The translations under genes were made by a program, and so were the position numbers. From contig NC_043011.1 in the NCBI RefSeq assembly GCF_006345805.1, positions 26,734,464-26,798,463 on the forward strand: a DNA stretch of 64,000 bases, read 5' to 3'. The stretch's first letter is position 1. Each line of letters begins with the position of its first letter. Positions 1-13,440 of this stretch are shown piece after piece. The notes below the pieces were generated by a model that did not search any database, had not been told where the DNA came from, and worked only from the letters and a program-made list of their open reading frames with translations. The stretch is from Octopus sinensis. Its lineage: Eukaryota.

Positions 1-675
1 TTTTGAAATGTAGTTGTTTTCTGGTGCTGTATTGAAATCTGAGCATGTTGTACTCTTCGCTGTTCAGCCGGTTTCCTCCTCCCTTTAAATTCTGGAGGTC
101 ACCACAACTGAGGTGGGCAAGATGGACTTAGCCTGAATGTGATAGCTGCTGCTCTTCTGCATTTATTATTTGTTGCTTTACATCCCAAAACAATGTTTAG
201 AGCTAACAATGCTATTGATGCTGTTGCTATTTTTGTGTGTGTATGTGTGTTTTATGATTGTCTGTTCTCAAAGGAAGATAAAAAGTCTTCTTAGGATGTT
301 GAAGTACTCTTCTGGAGTTGGGTAGTTGTGTCTGTCTGGATGTTACTCTGCATGTAGTTTATAGTTGGGTGAAATTTTTGGCTGTTCCTTTGTATTTCAT
401 ATTTTTCACATTAACTCAAGTAAGAGAATCCTATTGTAAAAATGTTTTTCTAGCAATCATATATTGCTTTATTGCCATTCATGAGATCCCTATTAGGCTC
501 TAAAATTACTCTCCCTTGCAATAAACAATGCTATACAATTTTATTTCATATTCTTTTCCCACTCAGTAAAGAAAATTATTTTCAAGTTTGGCCTTATACT
601 TTATAACTATGAATTTTATGCTTCAACTTTGATTCTCTACTGATCTTAACTATGTTTCTATTTGACATTTTTTAG

Positions 676-838
676 CACCACAGTTCCATACATACAAGAA
701 AACTTACCAAAAGACTCTAGATCATTGTGGAACCATCGAGGATCTGTGGACTATATTATTCTGATGGATCTTAGCTCTACAAAAGACAGTGTATTACCAG
801 GCACACCATTGAAAACTCTTCAAGATGCTCTTTTTAAA
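676..838 (+). CDS. USP8: USP8 exon, rhodanese domain part 1 ([31 protein letters not shown]...LQDALFK)
   Basis: tttag acceptor at 675, gtaggt donor at 839; resembles vertebrate USP8 rhodanese segment; ends phase 0. Confidence 0.93.
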
Positions 839-1210
839 GTAGGTATCAAATTTGTGGTTATCACCTTACATTATCCCCATTCCATTTTCTTTCTTTTAGA
901 GAACTCCTGTTTAGCTGTGATGTTCAGGAACAAAATCAAAAAAGAAACTCTGTCGTAACTAATGCAGATTTAGCTTTGAGTAAATGTTGATGTTACTGTG
1001 TGCCATGTAACAGTATTGCATGCTTTTTTTTTCTTTGCTTATCTTATAGGCACAGGGGTAGCCGTGTGGTAAGAAACCTGCTTCCCAACCATATGGTTCC
1101 GGATTCAGTCCCATGGTATGGCACCTTGGGCAAGTGTCTTCTACTATAGCCTCAGGCCGACCAAAGACTTGTGAGTGGATTTGGTAGATGGAAACTGAAA
1201 GAATCCTGTC

Positions 1211-1246
<36 letters not shown>

Positions 1247-4052
1247 ATATATATATATATACAGGGTTTGGAAAACATAATAGAAAGACCTTAAAATTTC
1301 AAACAAATTCATTTTACTATGGAGTAGGACCATCTTTGCAGTAATTACAGCTTGAATTCTACGAGATATGGACTCGTACAAAATTTGAATTGTTTCCAAA
1401 GTAATTTTTGTCCATTCTTCAGCTAAAACGATCTCCAGTTTTTGTAGTGATGATGTTGGAGGATATCAACTCCTTACTTGTTTTTCTAAAGTGCACCATA
1501 AATGTTCAATAATATTGAGATCTGGGGACTGTGGTGGTCAGATAAGATGTTCAACTTCACTAGAATGTTCCTTGTGCTATTCAGTGACAATTTTAGCTGT
1601 GTGAGTTGGTGCATTATTATCCTGAAAGATTGTGTTTCCCTCTGGAAACAGTTCTGCAACCATAGGATGAATTTGATCAGATAAAATGCTTAAATAGTCT
1701 TGACTATTAATTTTGACACGAAGGGAAACCATTGGGCTGGCGGATTTACAAGCTATAGCCCCCTAGATCATCACAGATCCTCCTCCATGTTTAACAGTTG
1801 GAAGAAGGCAGCCTGAGTCAAATGCTTTTTTTGGCTGTCTTCACACGTATACTTGGCCAGTGGTCAAGAATAAGGCAAAGGATGACTCGTCTGAGACAAT
1901 AACATTCTTCCACTGCTCTAGGGACCAATTCTGTAGGTTTTTACTCCACCCTAAATGCTTTGCAACGTCTGTTTTTGAAAGTAATGGTTTTCTGATTGCA
2001 GCCCTCCCATGAAATCCGGCTTTCTGCAGCTCCTGGCAAACAGTTTTTGTGGAAACTGGGTCTTGTGGTGGCCATTAAGCTCTGCAGTTATTTTGGGAGC
2101 TGTACTTTTGTGACCCTTTCTAACAATTTGCGTAAGAGTCTGATGGTCCCTTTCTGAGAGTTTTGGTTTTCTTCCTGAGTTTTGTTTCAACGAGGAAGTT
2201 TTCCCTTTCTCAAAAGCTATCATTACTTTTGAGACAATACTTCTTGATACACCAAACATTTCGTCTGTTTTCATTATGTTAGCACCTGCCATACAAGCAC
2301 CAACAATTTGACCTTTTTAAAAGTCTGATAGATCTGTCATTTTAATGAATTTTAATTACCTTTTTCTGATGATATCTGAAAAGAAACAGCAATTTTAGCA
2401 AAACTTATTAAGCAACACTAATAATAAATAAAAAAAACATAAAAATGAACAAGCTTTTGACGGCTTTATAGATATTTCAAAATTATGATGCTATGATGCT
2501 AGGTGTTTCCATTATTTTGTCCAACTCCTATATATGTATATGTGTGTGTTTATTGACAACCAGTGCTGGTATGTTTACATCCCTGTAACAGTAGATCCAA
2601 ACTAGAAGCCATGTGATTGTAACATAAACTCCTTAATACCACCATTATCTCTCTAGACATACTATTAGTGGTGCACATCTAATTAGAATATGTGGTTGGG
2701 AGAAGACTAGACTGTTATGATGGAAATGTTCTCATGAAAAACCATTAAAAAAATACATAAAACCTGAAATCTTCACGTTGTTGATGTTGATTTAAATTTT
2801 TTCACTACATGTCTTTTTTGATAATTTCATTCAGTACGACAGCTCAACGATACTTGCCAACCAGCCACTTATCCTTGAAGGGGGCTATGAACAATGGATG
2901 TTGCACTACCCTCAGATGTCTACAAATCCGAGAGCTTTTGAAAAACCTTCTGTTGATGTAGGCTGTTCAAGTCCATCTTGTAAGTAACACTTTAAAATCT
3001 TACTGAATAATTTTTTTTTATATTTCTGCTATATACAGCTGAGTTGAGAATAATTACATTTGATGTGTACTTGGTTTACCTGCACATGGTGGTGATGGTA
3101 GCCATGGTGGTGGCAGTGGCAGCAGTTAACTCCATGTCCTTTTGAGCTGTATCTAGGACCACACTATCCCATCTGTTCTTCCTTCTTTAAAATGAGGGGG
3201 ATTTGGGTGTTATTTCTAGCAAATTTAGAGCCTCCTTCATTAACTGTCCTTAAAGCTTTATTTGTTCTTGGCAAATTGCCTTTTATTTTCCTTTCTTTAC
3301 TTTTATCATTGTTGAATGATGCATAGTTACTCTTCTATCATTGTTGAATGTTGCATAGATACCACTAAGCATTGATTACATATTGGGATTCAATATAACA
3401 TACAATGAAGTGGTTTTCTATTGATTTTCCAAGATTCCCCCCAAGAGAATTTGAGCTCATCACTGCAAGCCACATGTAAAACTCGTCAGTTGTATGAGCT
3501 GCTGCAACCACTTCTGTAACCTCTCTGCAACTTTCAGGAAGTGAGTGTCTTTACCAGAAGCACAGTGCAGTTGTTGTTTGTGGGGGTACATATTTTCAAA
3601 TATTTGGCACCACTTCAAATTCCACTTCTATTTTACTTTAATGGTAATAATGTAATACAGTAGGTCGAAAAGGTGCATGGCTTAATGGCTAAGGATATTC
3701 GGTTCATGATTGTAAGGTTGTGAGTTCGATTCCTAGTGGTACGTTGTGTCCTCGGGTGCAAAACTTTATTTAATGTTACTCTAGTTCATTCAGCTGGTAA
3801 AAATTAGTTTCAGCTATAGTTCAAAGGATCAGCCTTGTCACATTCTGTGTCATACTAAATCTCCTTGAGAACTATGTTAAGGGTACACATGTCTGTGGAG
3901 TGCTCAGCCACTTACACATTAATTTCATGAGCAGGCTGTTCCATTGATCGGATCAACTGGAACCCTCGTCGTCACAACTGACAGAGTGCTAGTTTGAAAG
4001 CCAAATGCCCAGCATAAGGTAGAACATTAGTTGAGCCTTCATCATCATCATC

Positions 4053-4087
<35 letters not shown>

Positions 4088-6129
4088 TATCATCATTATT
4101 TTTCATCCATATTCTGCATTAATAATGAATGAGTCAGCACAATCTAAGTCAGTTCTCATTCAGAGTTATTACCCTCCTAGACATACCACTTTTGTCTTGG
4201 ATTCTATGGTTGGATGGTCTTTCTATCACCAATCACTTTATAGAGGGTATTGGTAAGTGTTTGAGAATAGAGCAAGAGTTTAGAGTAAGAGTAGAGTAAG
4301 AGAATAGAGTGAAGTGTTTGCAATAGAGTAAGAAAGAGAGACTAGAAGATGGGGAAGAAAAAGGAGGTGATAAAGACCAGTAACATAGGGAACAATTGGT
4401 AGTTTCTAGAAGATAGCCTACTAAAAGCTACTCATCATATTCTGTGGAAGGAGCAAGGTTCCAACTTCTTCAAATCAAACATGGTGGTGGGATACTGTTG
4501 TGGTTAGAGGCATAAAAGCTTAAAAAACATGTCCAGAAAGAATGGAAGGAAGTGGGAAGCAAAGAGCATTGTCATGTCAATGGAAGAGCTGCTAAGATGA
4601 CAAGTTAACGTGGCACAGTGAGATCCGAAAGAAGGAGGTTGGCCAGTATTTAGTGCAATGAGGGTCAGGTATTAGAGATGTTCTGGACTGTAAGGCAGAG
4701 TGTCAAAGTGAACCAAGATATTGTTGGGGGAAAAGTGTGTTTGACATATAGTTGTGTACTACTTTCACTAATGCTGAGAAGAGACAGGCTTCCAGGGGTT
4801 ATCACAAAAGACTATTAAATGTGGAAAATGTATTGAAATAAAAGGAGCCACCCAATATGTACCCAAATAAAGGGACCAGCTGGTGAGGTAGACAGTTATA
4901 GAGTCAAAATGGCCATTAAGGATATGAAGATGGAGAAAGCAGCTGGTCCATTGGCTTGGTATAGTAGCTGAGATGTTGAAAAATATCTGACAAAATAGAC
5001 CTTAAGTCAGTCACCTGTATAGTCAACTAAACAATTACATTTTATTGTCAACTGCTTCAAGAGTAAACGTGAGGCTCTGGAAAGAAGAAAGTACAGAGGT
5101 ATCAAACTGATGGACAAAATTATGAAAGTGTGAACCACAATGGATTAGAAAAACAAATCTGCTTAGATGAGATGCAGTTTAGATCATACCAATTTAGAGT
5201 ACCATTGCTGCCTTCTTCATAATGAAACAGCTGTAAGTTCTTGGCTAAGAACAAACCTCTCTACCAAGCACTTGTTGATCTGAAGAAGGCCTTTGAGAGA
5301 ATATAACAATCTATAGTCTGGTGGTTTATAAGAGTAAATAAATGTTTGGTGAGAGCAGTGCAGTATAGTCAGCATGAAGAATTTAGGGTGCAATTAGGTC
5401 TCTATCAAAGCTTGGGTTTCAGCCCCACTCCCATCATCATCATTACCACCACCACCACCACCACCATCATCAACATTGTTTTAATGCTCACTTTTCCATG
5501 CATGGGTGAGACAGTATGTTGAAGTGGATTTTCTATAGTAAAATACCCTTCTGGTCACAAATCGTCACCTGTTTGCAAGTTAAGTAAATATTTCCACATG
5601 GCCAGATATCTTTTCTTAGAATACTGGAAATGAACGACACTGCTTGTATGACAGTGACTCTCATTTACAGCTATCACATGATGTCAAAACAAAGCTACAT
5701 AAACACATATATATTCCCACTCACACATGCATACATTTATGTATGCACACACACACACATGCATATACCTGTGTACATGATGGTTTCTTTCAGTTTCTGT
5801 CTACCAAATCTACTCACAAGGCTTTTTCTGATCAGGGGTTATGGTGGAAGCACTTGCCCAAGGTGTCATGCAGTGGGACTGAACCTGAAATCATGTGGAT
5901 GGGAAGCAAACTTCTTACCACACGGCCACACCTGCACATATAATACACCTCTAATACACCTGCACATATAATACACATATAATACAGATATGAGGATGAC
6001 AGACAAAGTTGACCTCAGTGGAATTTGAACTCAGAACGTAGTGTAGTGGCAGATGAAATAATGCTAAACATTTTGCCCCGGTGTGCTAACGATTCTGCCA
6101 GCTCAGCACCTTATAACAACAACAACAAC

Positions 6130-6160
<31 letters not shown>

Positions 6161-9100
6161 GTGATGATGATGATGATACCACTGCCACTGTTGCTGACCT
6201 ATGACTAAAACGACAAGAGCATGCTAATTATTAACATAGCAATACCAAATGACTGTAATGTTGTGCTGAAGCAAGGTGCAAAGCTAAGAAATTACATTGA
6301 CCTAGCTGTTAAGGAATGTGTTTATGAGCTCATTTGTAGTTGACATAACTGGAGTGATACACAACCATTTCCGTAAGAATAATAATACATTGCCTATAAG
6401 AATAAAAGTTGGCCCATTCCAGAAATACCCAATACTAGGATCTGTAATCATTTCTAGGGGCATTCTTACACAACATTGTTTTGTTAATCTTAACCCTTTT
6501 GATACCAGCCTGCTTGAGACTGCTCCTGGTTTTATGGTAGAAAAACTTTTTGCTTTAAAATTATCTAAATTAAAACCTTTCATTACAATTTCACTTTAAT
6601 TCATGTTCCAAACACCAGCTTAAGATACACACACACACACACACATATGAGGGTCAGCTGAAAAGTTCAAAGCCTGATACTCTCATGGAATGTGACCAAA
6701 TGAGTTTTATTTTTCAATGTAGTTACTCCTTGTGGTCCACATACTTTCATAAATGCATCAGCAAATTGGCATAATATTCTCCATTGATGATGTGGTCCTT
6801 TTGAAGATAATCAATAAACACAATACCTTTTGCATCCTAAACTACTGAGGCCTTCATCTTCCCTGCAGATGAAATGACCTTGGCTTTCTTTGGAACAGGT
6901 GAGGAGGGGTGTTTCCACTGCATGGATTGTCCATTTGTCTCAGGTTCAAAATGATGAACCCAACATTCATCTTAGTGTAGGAAATGTTCAAAGACACCAG
7001 CTGGATCTGACTCAAACAATGTCAGCTTTTCCCTCAATTTGATCAGGTGCCAGATGTGGCACTCACCAAACAGAAGCCTTCATCATAACAAGTTCATTAT
7101 ACAAAATATTCTCAACTCTTTCACGGGATGTGCTAATAGCCTTGACTATTTGATTTATAGTCACTCACTTGTCATCCATCAACATGTGGTAAACACAATC
7201 AATGTTTTCTTTGCTGGTGATAGTTTCAGGATATCTAGACCTTGGGTCATCTTCAAGATTCTTTCTTCCCCTGCTAAATTCAGCTGCCCACTTTTGCACT
7301 GTTGATAAAACTGGAGTGTCATCCCTTAATGTAACAGTCATGTTAGCATGAATATCCTTTGGGGCTAAACACTTTCTGCAGGTACTTGGGTATGTCATGA
7401 TGCCAAATTTTGTCCATTTTCAAGAGAAGTCACTACCGGCTACTTTTGAAGTCTTCTTTGAACAGCCAAATGTCAGTTTAGCTGGAAAGAAACAATACAG
7501 TTATTAATAAGAAGAGTTGAAATTAATGCATGCAAGATTTCACATCTGTAGCATCACTACTTCATAGTCAGCCTATAAACTTTTCAGCCCACCTTCGTAT
7601 GTGTGTGTGTATGTTAGTGATTGGATATAACACCTTCGTGAACAACCTGATTAACTGTGCCTATACCACCCATCCACCCCATCATTGTTACATACCAGGA
7701 AGAATTTGCACCTTCGTCCCTTGCCCGTGAGGAGTCCAGCTGATATCTACATATCTCAACTTTAGCATTTCAACAATCTCACCAGGCCTGCCTTTCTGTG
7801 TGTTGATATTGATTATAGTGGCTCGAAGGTCATAAACTTGGGAATAGCAGGAGAGTAGTTGGGAGACCATTTTCAAGATCTGGGAAGGTATTCACAAGCA
7901 TTTGCTTGCAAGCGGTGGGTTTTTGCACTGTCCACTGAAACAGGTATTTGTTATTGTATCTCCTTCAATCTCACAAAACCAGCAGGGACAAGCACCTGCA
8001 AGCAGATGGTGGGGGAATAGCAAGGAAGAGGAAACAGTTTCACACATGTGTCACTGTGTTCTTTAATAAGATAAGGTGGAGATAATAACTGTTGGAGAAT
8101 TAAAAACCTATTTAACACAAACAAAAATGTTATTGTTTGCTGCTGCTGCTGATGATAAAAATAATAATAATAATAATAATAATGCTTCCTACTATAGGCA
8201 CAGGACCTAAAATTTTGCGGGAGGGGACTAGTTGATTACATTGACTCCTGTGTTCAACTGGTACTAATTTTATTGACCGCAAAAGGATGAAAGGCAAAGT
8301 CAACCTTGGCGGAATTTGAATTCAGAACATAATGACGGACGAATTGCTGCTAAGCATTTTGCCTGGCAATATACTAATAATAATAGGCATGGCAATTGAT
8401 GAGATGGAAACAAATGGAGAATTAACCAAAATGAAAGCTATTTAAAACTTAAAAATGTAGATGTGTGTAAAGTTAGTTACTGTTCTTGTTGCTTAGGTCC
8501 AGAGCTGTACTGATGAGCAAAGCCATGATCGAAAGCTTTCCTGCCCTGACAATTTTGTGTTTTTCTTATGTGCAGGAATCCTGGGACTACATTGTCCAAT
8601 GTGTGCTTCTTTAAGACAGTGGAGTATGATTTCAGTGAGATTTGGCTGCTAATTCTAGCAAGTTGAAGTCCATTGTTGGCTTGTGTGTAGAGTTAGTCAA
8701 TGTATATATGTGTGTCTAACAAACAGAATAATTACACACATGCATGCATGCACATATGCATGCATGAACACGCATGCACACACACACACACACACATGTA
8801 TTTGTGTTGATATTTCAAGTTATTTTTGTCATATAACACCAGTTTTTTGAGTGACTTGTTTCATTAGAGTTGATTTTCTAGGGGAGATTTTTCTTTCTCA
8901 AGCTTCTTTTTCTTTTCTTTTTTAATAAAAATTGTTTTCAAATATTTATTTCTAGTGGATTTTGATTATCCTGAATTGGATTTGTTGAAACCGGTTAGTA
9001 CAACAGCTAATTTGAACAATGATGTCCCGAATAATAATTCTAAAGAATCAAAAAATAGCATTCCAAAGTTGGATGCTGCTACACCTGTAATCAATAGAGC

Positions 9101-12100
9101 TCTCAAACCAAAGCCTACTCAGGTTGCATCAAATGCAGCTGCAAGCTCCAACCAAATGATCCATTCTGATGTTAAAAATAATACCTATGACACTCAGAAT
9201 ACTAATGTAACTGATAACAGAATGGGCAGAAAAACAGACAATCAGTCATTCAGTACAACCAGGAGTCACAATTTGGGCCTTTCAAAAGTTTTAAGTTCTA
9301 TGGATAAAGAGGAAATGGCTAAGTTTAACAGAAAACAGCAGGAACTCATCTCTGAGCAACGTGCTCGCAAAGGTGATCGAAGCAGTTCTGTTGAGGAATT
9401 AAAATTGCGAGAAAAAGAAGAGAAGAACATGGCTTTGCTTTCTCAAAAACAAAAAGTGTCAGAAGATGATTATAAATCATTTCCTGTTGAACAGGATAAG
9501 TAAGTTTTTACATTTTTCTTCCTTTCTTTGTAGCCTATTTTATTTTTTCCTTTCTTTTTTTGTTTTCTAATTTCCTTTCTTCTTTTATTATTGAAGCAGT
9601 GTGTTGGGGGTATTACAATATATAGAGCAACTGACAAAATGCTTTGTATTTTAGTTATATTTTCATTATGAGTCCAAATTCTGCCAGAGATGACTTTAGC
9701 TTTCAGCCTTCTAGAACTAATAAAATACAACCCAGTGATGTACTGAGGATTTAATCAACTACACTTCTCCACCAACATATTTGCAACCTTGTACCTAAGT
9801 TAGAATTTTTAGTAATATATAATTTTTTTTTTTATTTTTAGAGTTTCATTCAACCCAATAAGCTTCTAAATTTGGCTCTAATGTCATTGAATTTGCTGTG
9901 AAATATTCATGACTTGAATATTTTCATTTTTATCTGCTCTTGTAACATTCAAGTGAGTTTCCTGTTGAATGTTTAACTAATTCAAGACATCAAGAGATAA
10001 TGTTGTGTGATAATTTATGAGATCTATGTACGTATGTCTGTTAAGTGTTGCAAGTATTAGTTCTTGTCACTGGCACCAGCATTAAGGCAATATCAAACCA
10101 AAGTCAGTACTTAAGATGACACAACTTTGAAATATGGCTGAATAGCAGTCTGTAGTTAAAGTAATAATCTATACGAGCTAGTTGACCTGGATTAATATTC
10201 TTCATAGAGTTCTTGCTGAAGTTGGGTCTTCATTGGATTTTACCACAACTACCGGTATGCCTTTTACTCTTTTTGTAATTTTTATAAAAGTTTTTGCTAT
10301 AATGCAATAAATCATTATTGTATATAGCCTGTTTGTTCTATCACAGATTATAAATTTGTTTGATTGCTGGTTTAAATGGAATTATTGAATACAAAACAGA
10401 TTTTCAGTGTACCAGACATTTTGTAGTTTATTGAAATTCTGCCTACTGCTGTCAACTGAGAATTACAAAACATGAAATGCAAAATCTTTTATCATACACC
10501 CCTAACTTTAATTGTTCAACCTTCTTCCAAAAATATGAAATATTATTTCTTGACATTGTTTGATTAATTTGAAATTTGCCTTCTTTGGTTTTTTACAAGT
10601 AATCTCTAACTTTTTTTATACCAATCTGCCCATGAATCTTTGCTTCTGTGATCAAAGTTTCCACTTTAAGGTGATCTAAATAAACATTTACCATTAAGCT
10701 TTCATGTTAATTTATGTCCCAATTACCAGTTTAATAATGACCAAGATATTTTAGTAAATTCTCTATTATTTTTAAAATGAATTGAAATGAAGAGGGTATA
10801 TTTGGACAGAAATATGGTAACAAAAGTGTTAAAAGCAATTCTTTCCATTGAACTGTTGAATTTGGAATAAAACTAAAAAAATTCAGGTTTAGCAAAATTG
10901 GGAGAATGGAGTGTCTGTGTTTCTGTCTATCAGAAATCAATAATACAGTGAGTGTCTGTGAAATGTGGTTTCATAAGATGTAAGTTTTGATTAGCTTCTT
11001 TTAGAAGTTTGGAATTTTTGGAAGTGTTAGAGGTCGAAATACATTTAAAGCCATAAGATATTTGGAAAGAAAGAAAGTACAATAATTTCAACCTGATATA
11101 TTATAACAGTATGTATGAAAGATTACTTTGTAGTGTACTGACATTCTGCTGTATATTGCATGATTTGCTAGCACGGTCAAGAGACAAAAGATAAGATTAT
11201 ACAGATTTGTTAAACTTTGATTTTGGATGTGAGGTTAATTTTAACCCTTTAGCATTCACATTATTCTGTCAAAAGTAATGCTTATTTATTCACGTGGATG
11301 TTAAACAATGATGATGATGATTGTTTTGAATTAATCATGTATTATTTTGTAGCTTTGAGACTTTGATGAGCTAACTGTTTAATTTTTGAGAATGACATTG
11401 TAGGGTTGGTGTGAGAAGCTAGGTCTGGCCAGTTTGAGCATAAAACAGGTAGAATATTTTGGCTGGTTTAAATGCTAAAGTGTTAAGTGTTTTACAGGTA
11501 GGCTGAACAGAATTAATGCAGATTGTTTTGAACGACAATTTTCCGAGCTGCTAAGATGACTATTGGAATATATTTTAATTTCTGATATTTTTACTCTCCT
11601 TCATTTTCTCTCTTATGTCCACTCTCTCTTCATTTATAGTCAGTAGTATCTAAATCAGGTGGTTATGCTTCCCTTGTCATTTGTTAAATAGAATAGATTA
11701 AAGACATGTTCCAACCAATTTCTTTTTCACTTACCAATGCCACAGTATTTAGATATGTTCCTTTCACTCTGAGTTTGAAATGCTATTGGTGTCAGTAAGT
11801 ACCAGTAATATATTAGATTCCATTTAATTCACTATGCCCCTCTCTCAAAATTATTGTTGTTTTGTTTTGCGAGTTACTTGGTGACCTTACTAGTACTGAC
11901 ACCATGCCAAAAGCACCCAGTATCCTCTGTAAAATGGTTGGTAATAGGAACGGTATCCAGCCATGAAAACTATGCCAGAGCAAACATTGGAGCTCAATGC
12001 AGTCCTCTGATCAGATGGATCCTGTCAAAATGTCCAATCCATGCCAGCATGGAAAACAGACGTTAAAAGATGATGATGGATTAACAAAATTGTTAGAACA

Positions 12101-12968
12101 TCAGACAAAATGCGTTGCAGATTTTGGGATCTTTTCGGTTTGAACAGCAGTTTTTTCTAGTGGTGTCATATGAAATTGTCACCCATAATTATGACCTTAG
12201 TATCGATCTATTGCATTTCAATCTGTTTTAGGGTTAGGGTTAGTTAGGGGTGGGGGGAAGGGTATCTTTTTTTCTTCAGAAATGTAAATAACCCAATCTG
12301 TTTCTTAAACGAGGGACATATTCATACGGCACAGAATGTTTTCACCTCAATAGACGTCAGTGATTGGTTGAAATTGCAGAAATTGAAGGAAAAAAACAAC
12401 AAATATCTTACAAACTATAGAATTTTCTCAATAAAGCCAAGAGAAAAAGATGTTTTATAAACACATTCTACCAGTATACGAAGTTTAAAAGTGTTTAGTT
12501 ATGTGGAAATTATTAAAAAAAACTACCGTTCAAACCGAAAAGATTCAGATTTTGTCCTGGCACTTCACGTTCTGGATTCAAATCTCTACAAAGTCAACTT
12601 CTGGGTCCCTAAAATAAAGTATCAGTCATATATTTGGGTCAATGTAATCAACTGTAGTTGTTATGTAGCCCTTCTTCCCAAATTTGCAACTTTGTACCTA
12701 TATCAGAAACTATTAAAATTATATGGAATGAAATCCCTGAAGCAGCAACTTCTCTTTTCATCCTTTTGGGAGTCAGTATAATAGGTATTATTAATACTCA
12801 AGTTGACTTAACCAACTCAGCCATCCATAAAATGTGTGGCTTTTTTTTGTTTGTACCCTTATCACATGGGTAATCATGATGGGTATTTAGGGCTTTGTAT
12901 ATTTGAACCCCAATGTCACTTTGATGGCATGCATTACTCTCTCACTCAATAGCAGCAGCAGCAGTAGT

Positions 12969-13006
<38 letters not shown>

Positions 13007-13031
13007 CAGCAGCAGTAGCAGCAGCAGCAGT

Positions 13032-13063
<32 letters not shown>

Positions 13064-13405
13064 TAGCAGCAGCAGCAGTAGTAGCAGCAGCAGCAGCAGT
13101 AGTAGTAGCAGCAGTAGCAGCAGTAGTAGTAGCAGCAGTAGCAGCAGTAGTAGTAGTTATGATAATAATAATAATCCTTTCTACTATAGGCACAAGGCCT
13201 GAAATTTGTGGGTGGGGTGGGACCAGTTGATTTCATCAACCCCAGTGTACTTAATTTATTGACCCCGAAAGGATGAAAGGCAAAGTTGACTTCAGCAGAA
13301 TTTGAACTCAGAATGCAGTGACGGGCAAAATACCGCTAAGCATTTCGTCCAGTGTGCTAACAATTCTGCCAGCTTGCCATCTTAGTAGTAATAGTAGTAG
13401 TAGTA

Positions 13406-13440
<35 letters not shown>

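Noticed and set aside
959-1399. 146-aa ORF and the many similar '[14 protein letters not shown]' ORFs
   Set aside because: Antisense translations of SINE family A plus microsatellite.
6302-6599. Overlapping ORFs on both strands
   Set aside because: No recognisable motifs; they run into a MITE; chance ORFs in AT-rich DNA.
8495-8545. ctgatgag...cgaaag hammerhead-like string
   Set aside because: No stem III or valid NUH site could be built; the segment belongs to a dispersed repeat (cf. ~24050, ~61670) whose other copies lack the core.
12903-13239. Poly-Ser, poly-Ala/Thr and poly-Cys/Tyr ORFs
   Set aside because: Translations of a trinucleotide repeat; no splice or codon support.
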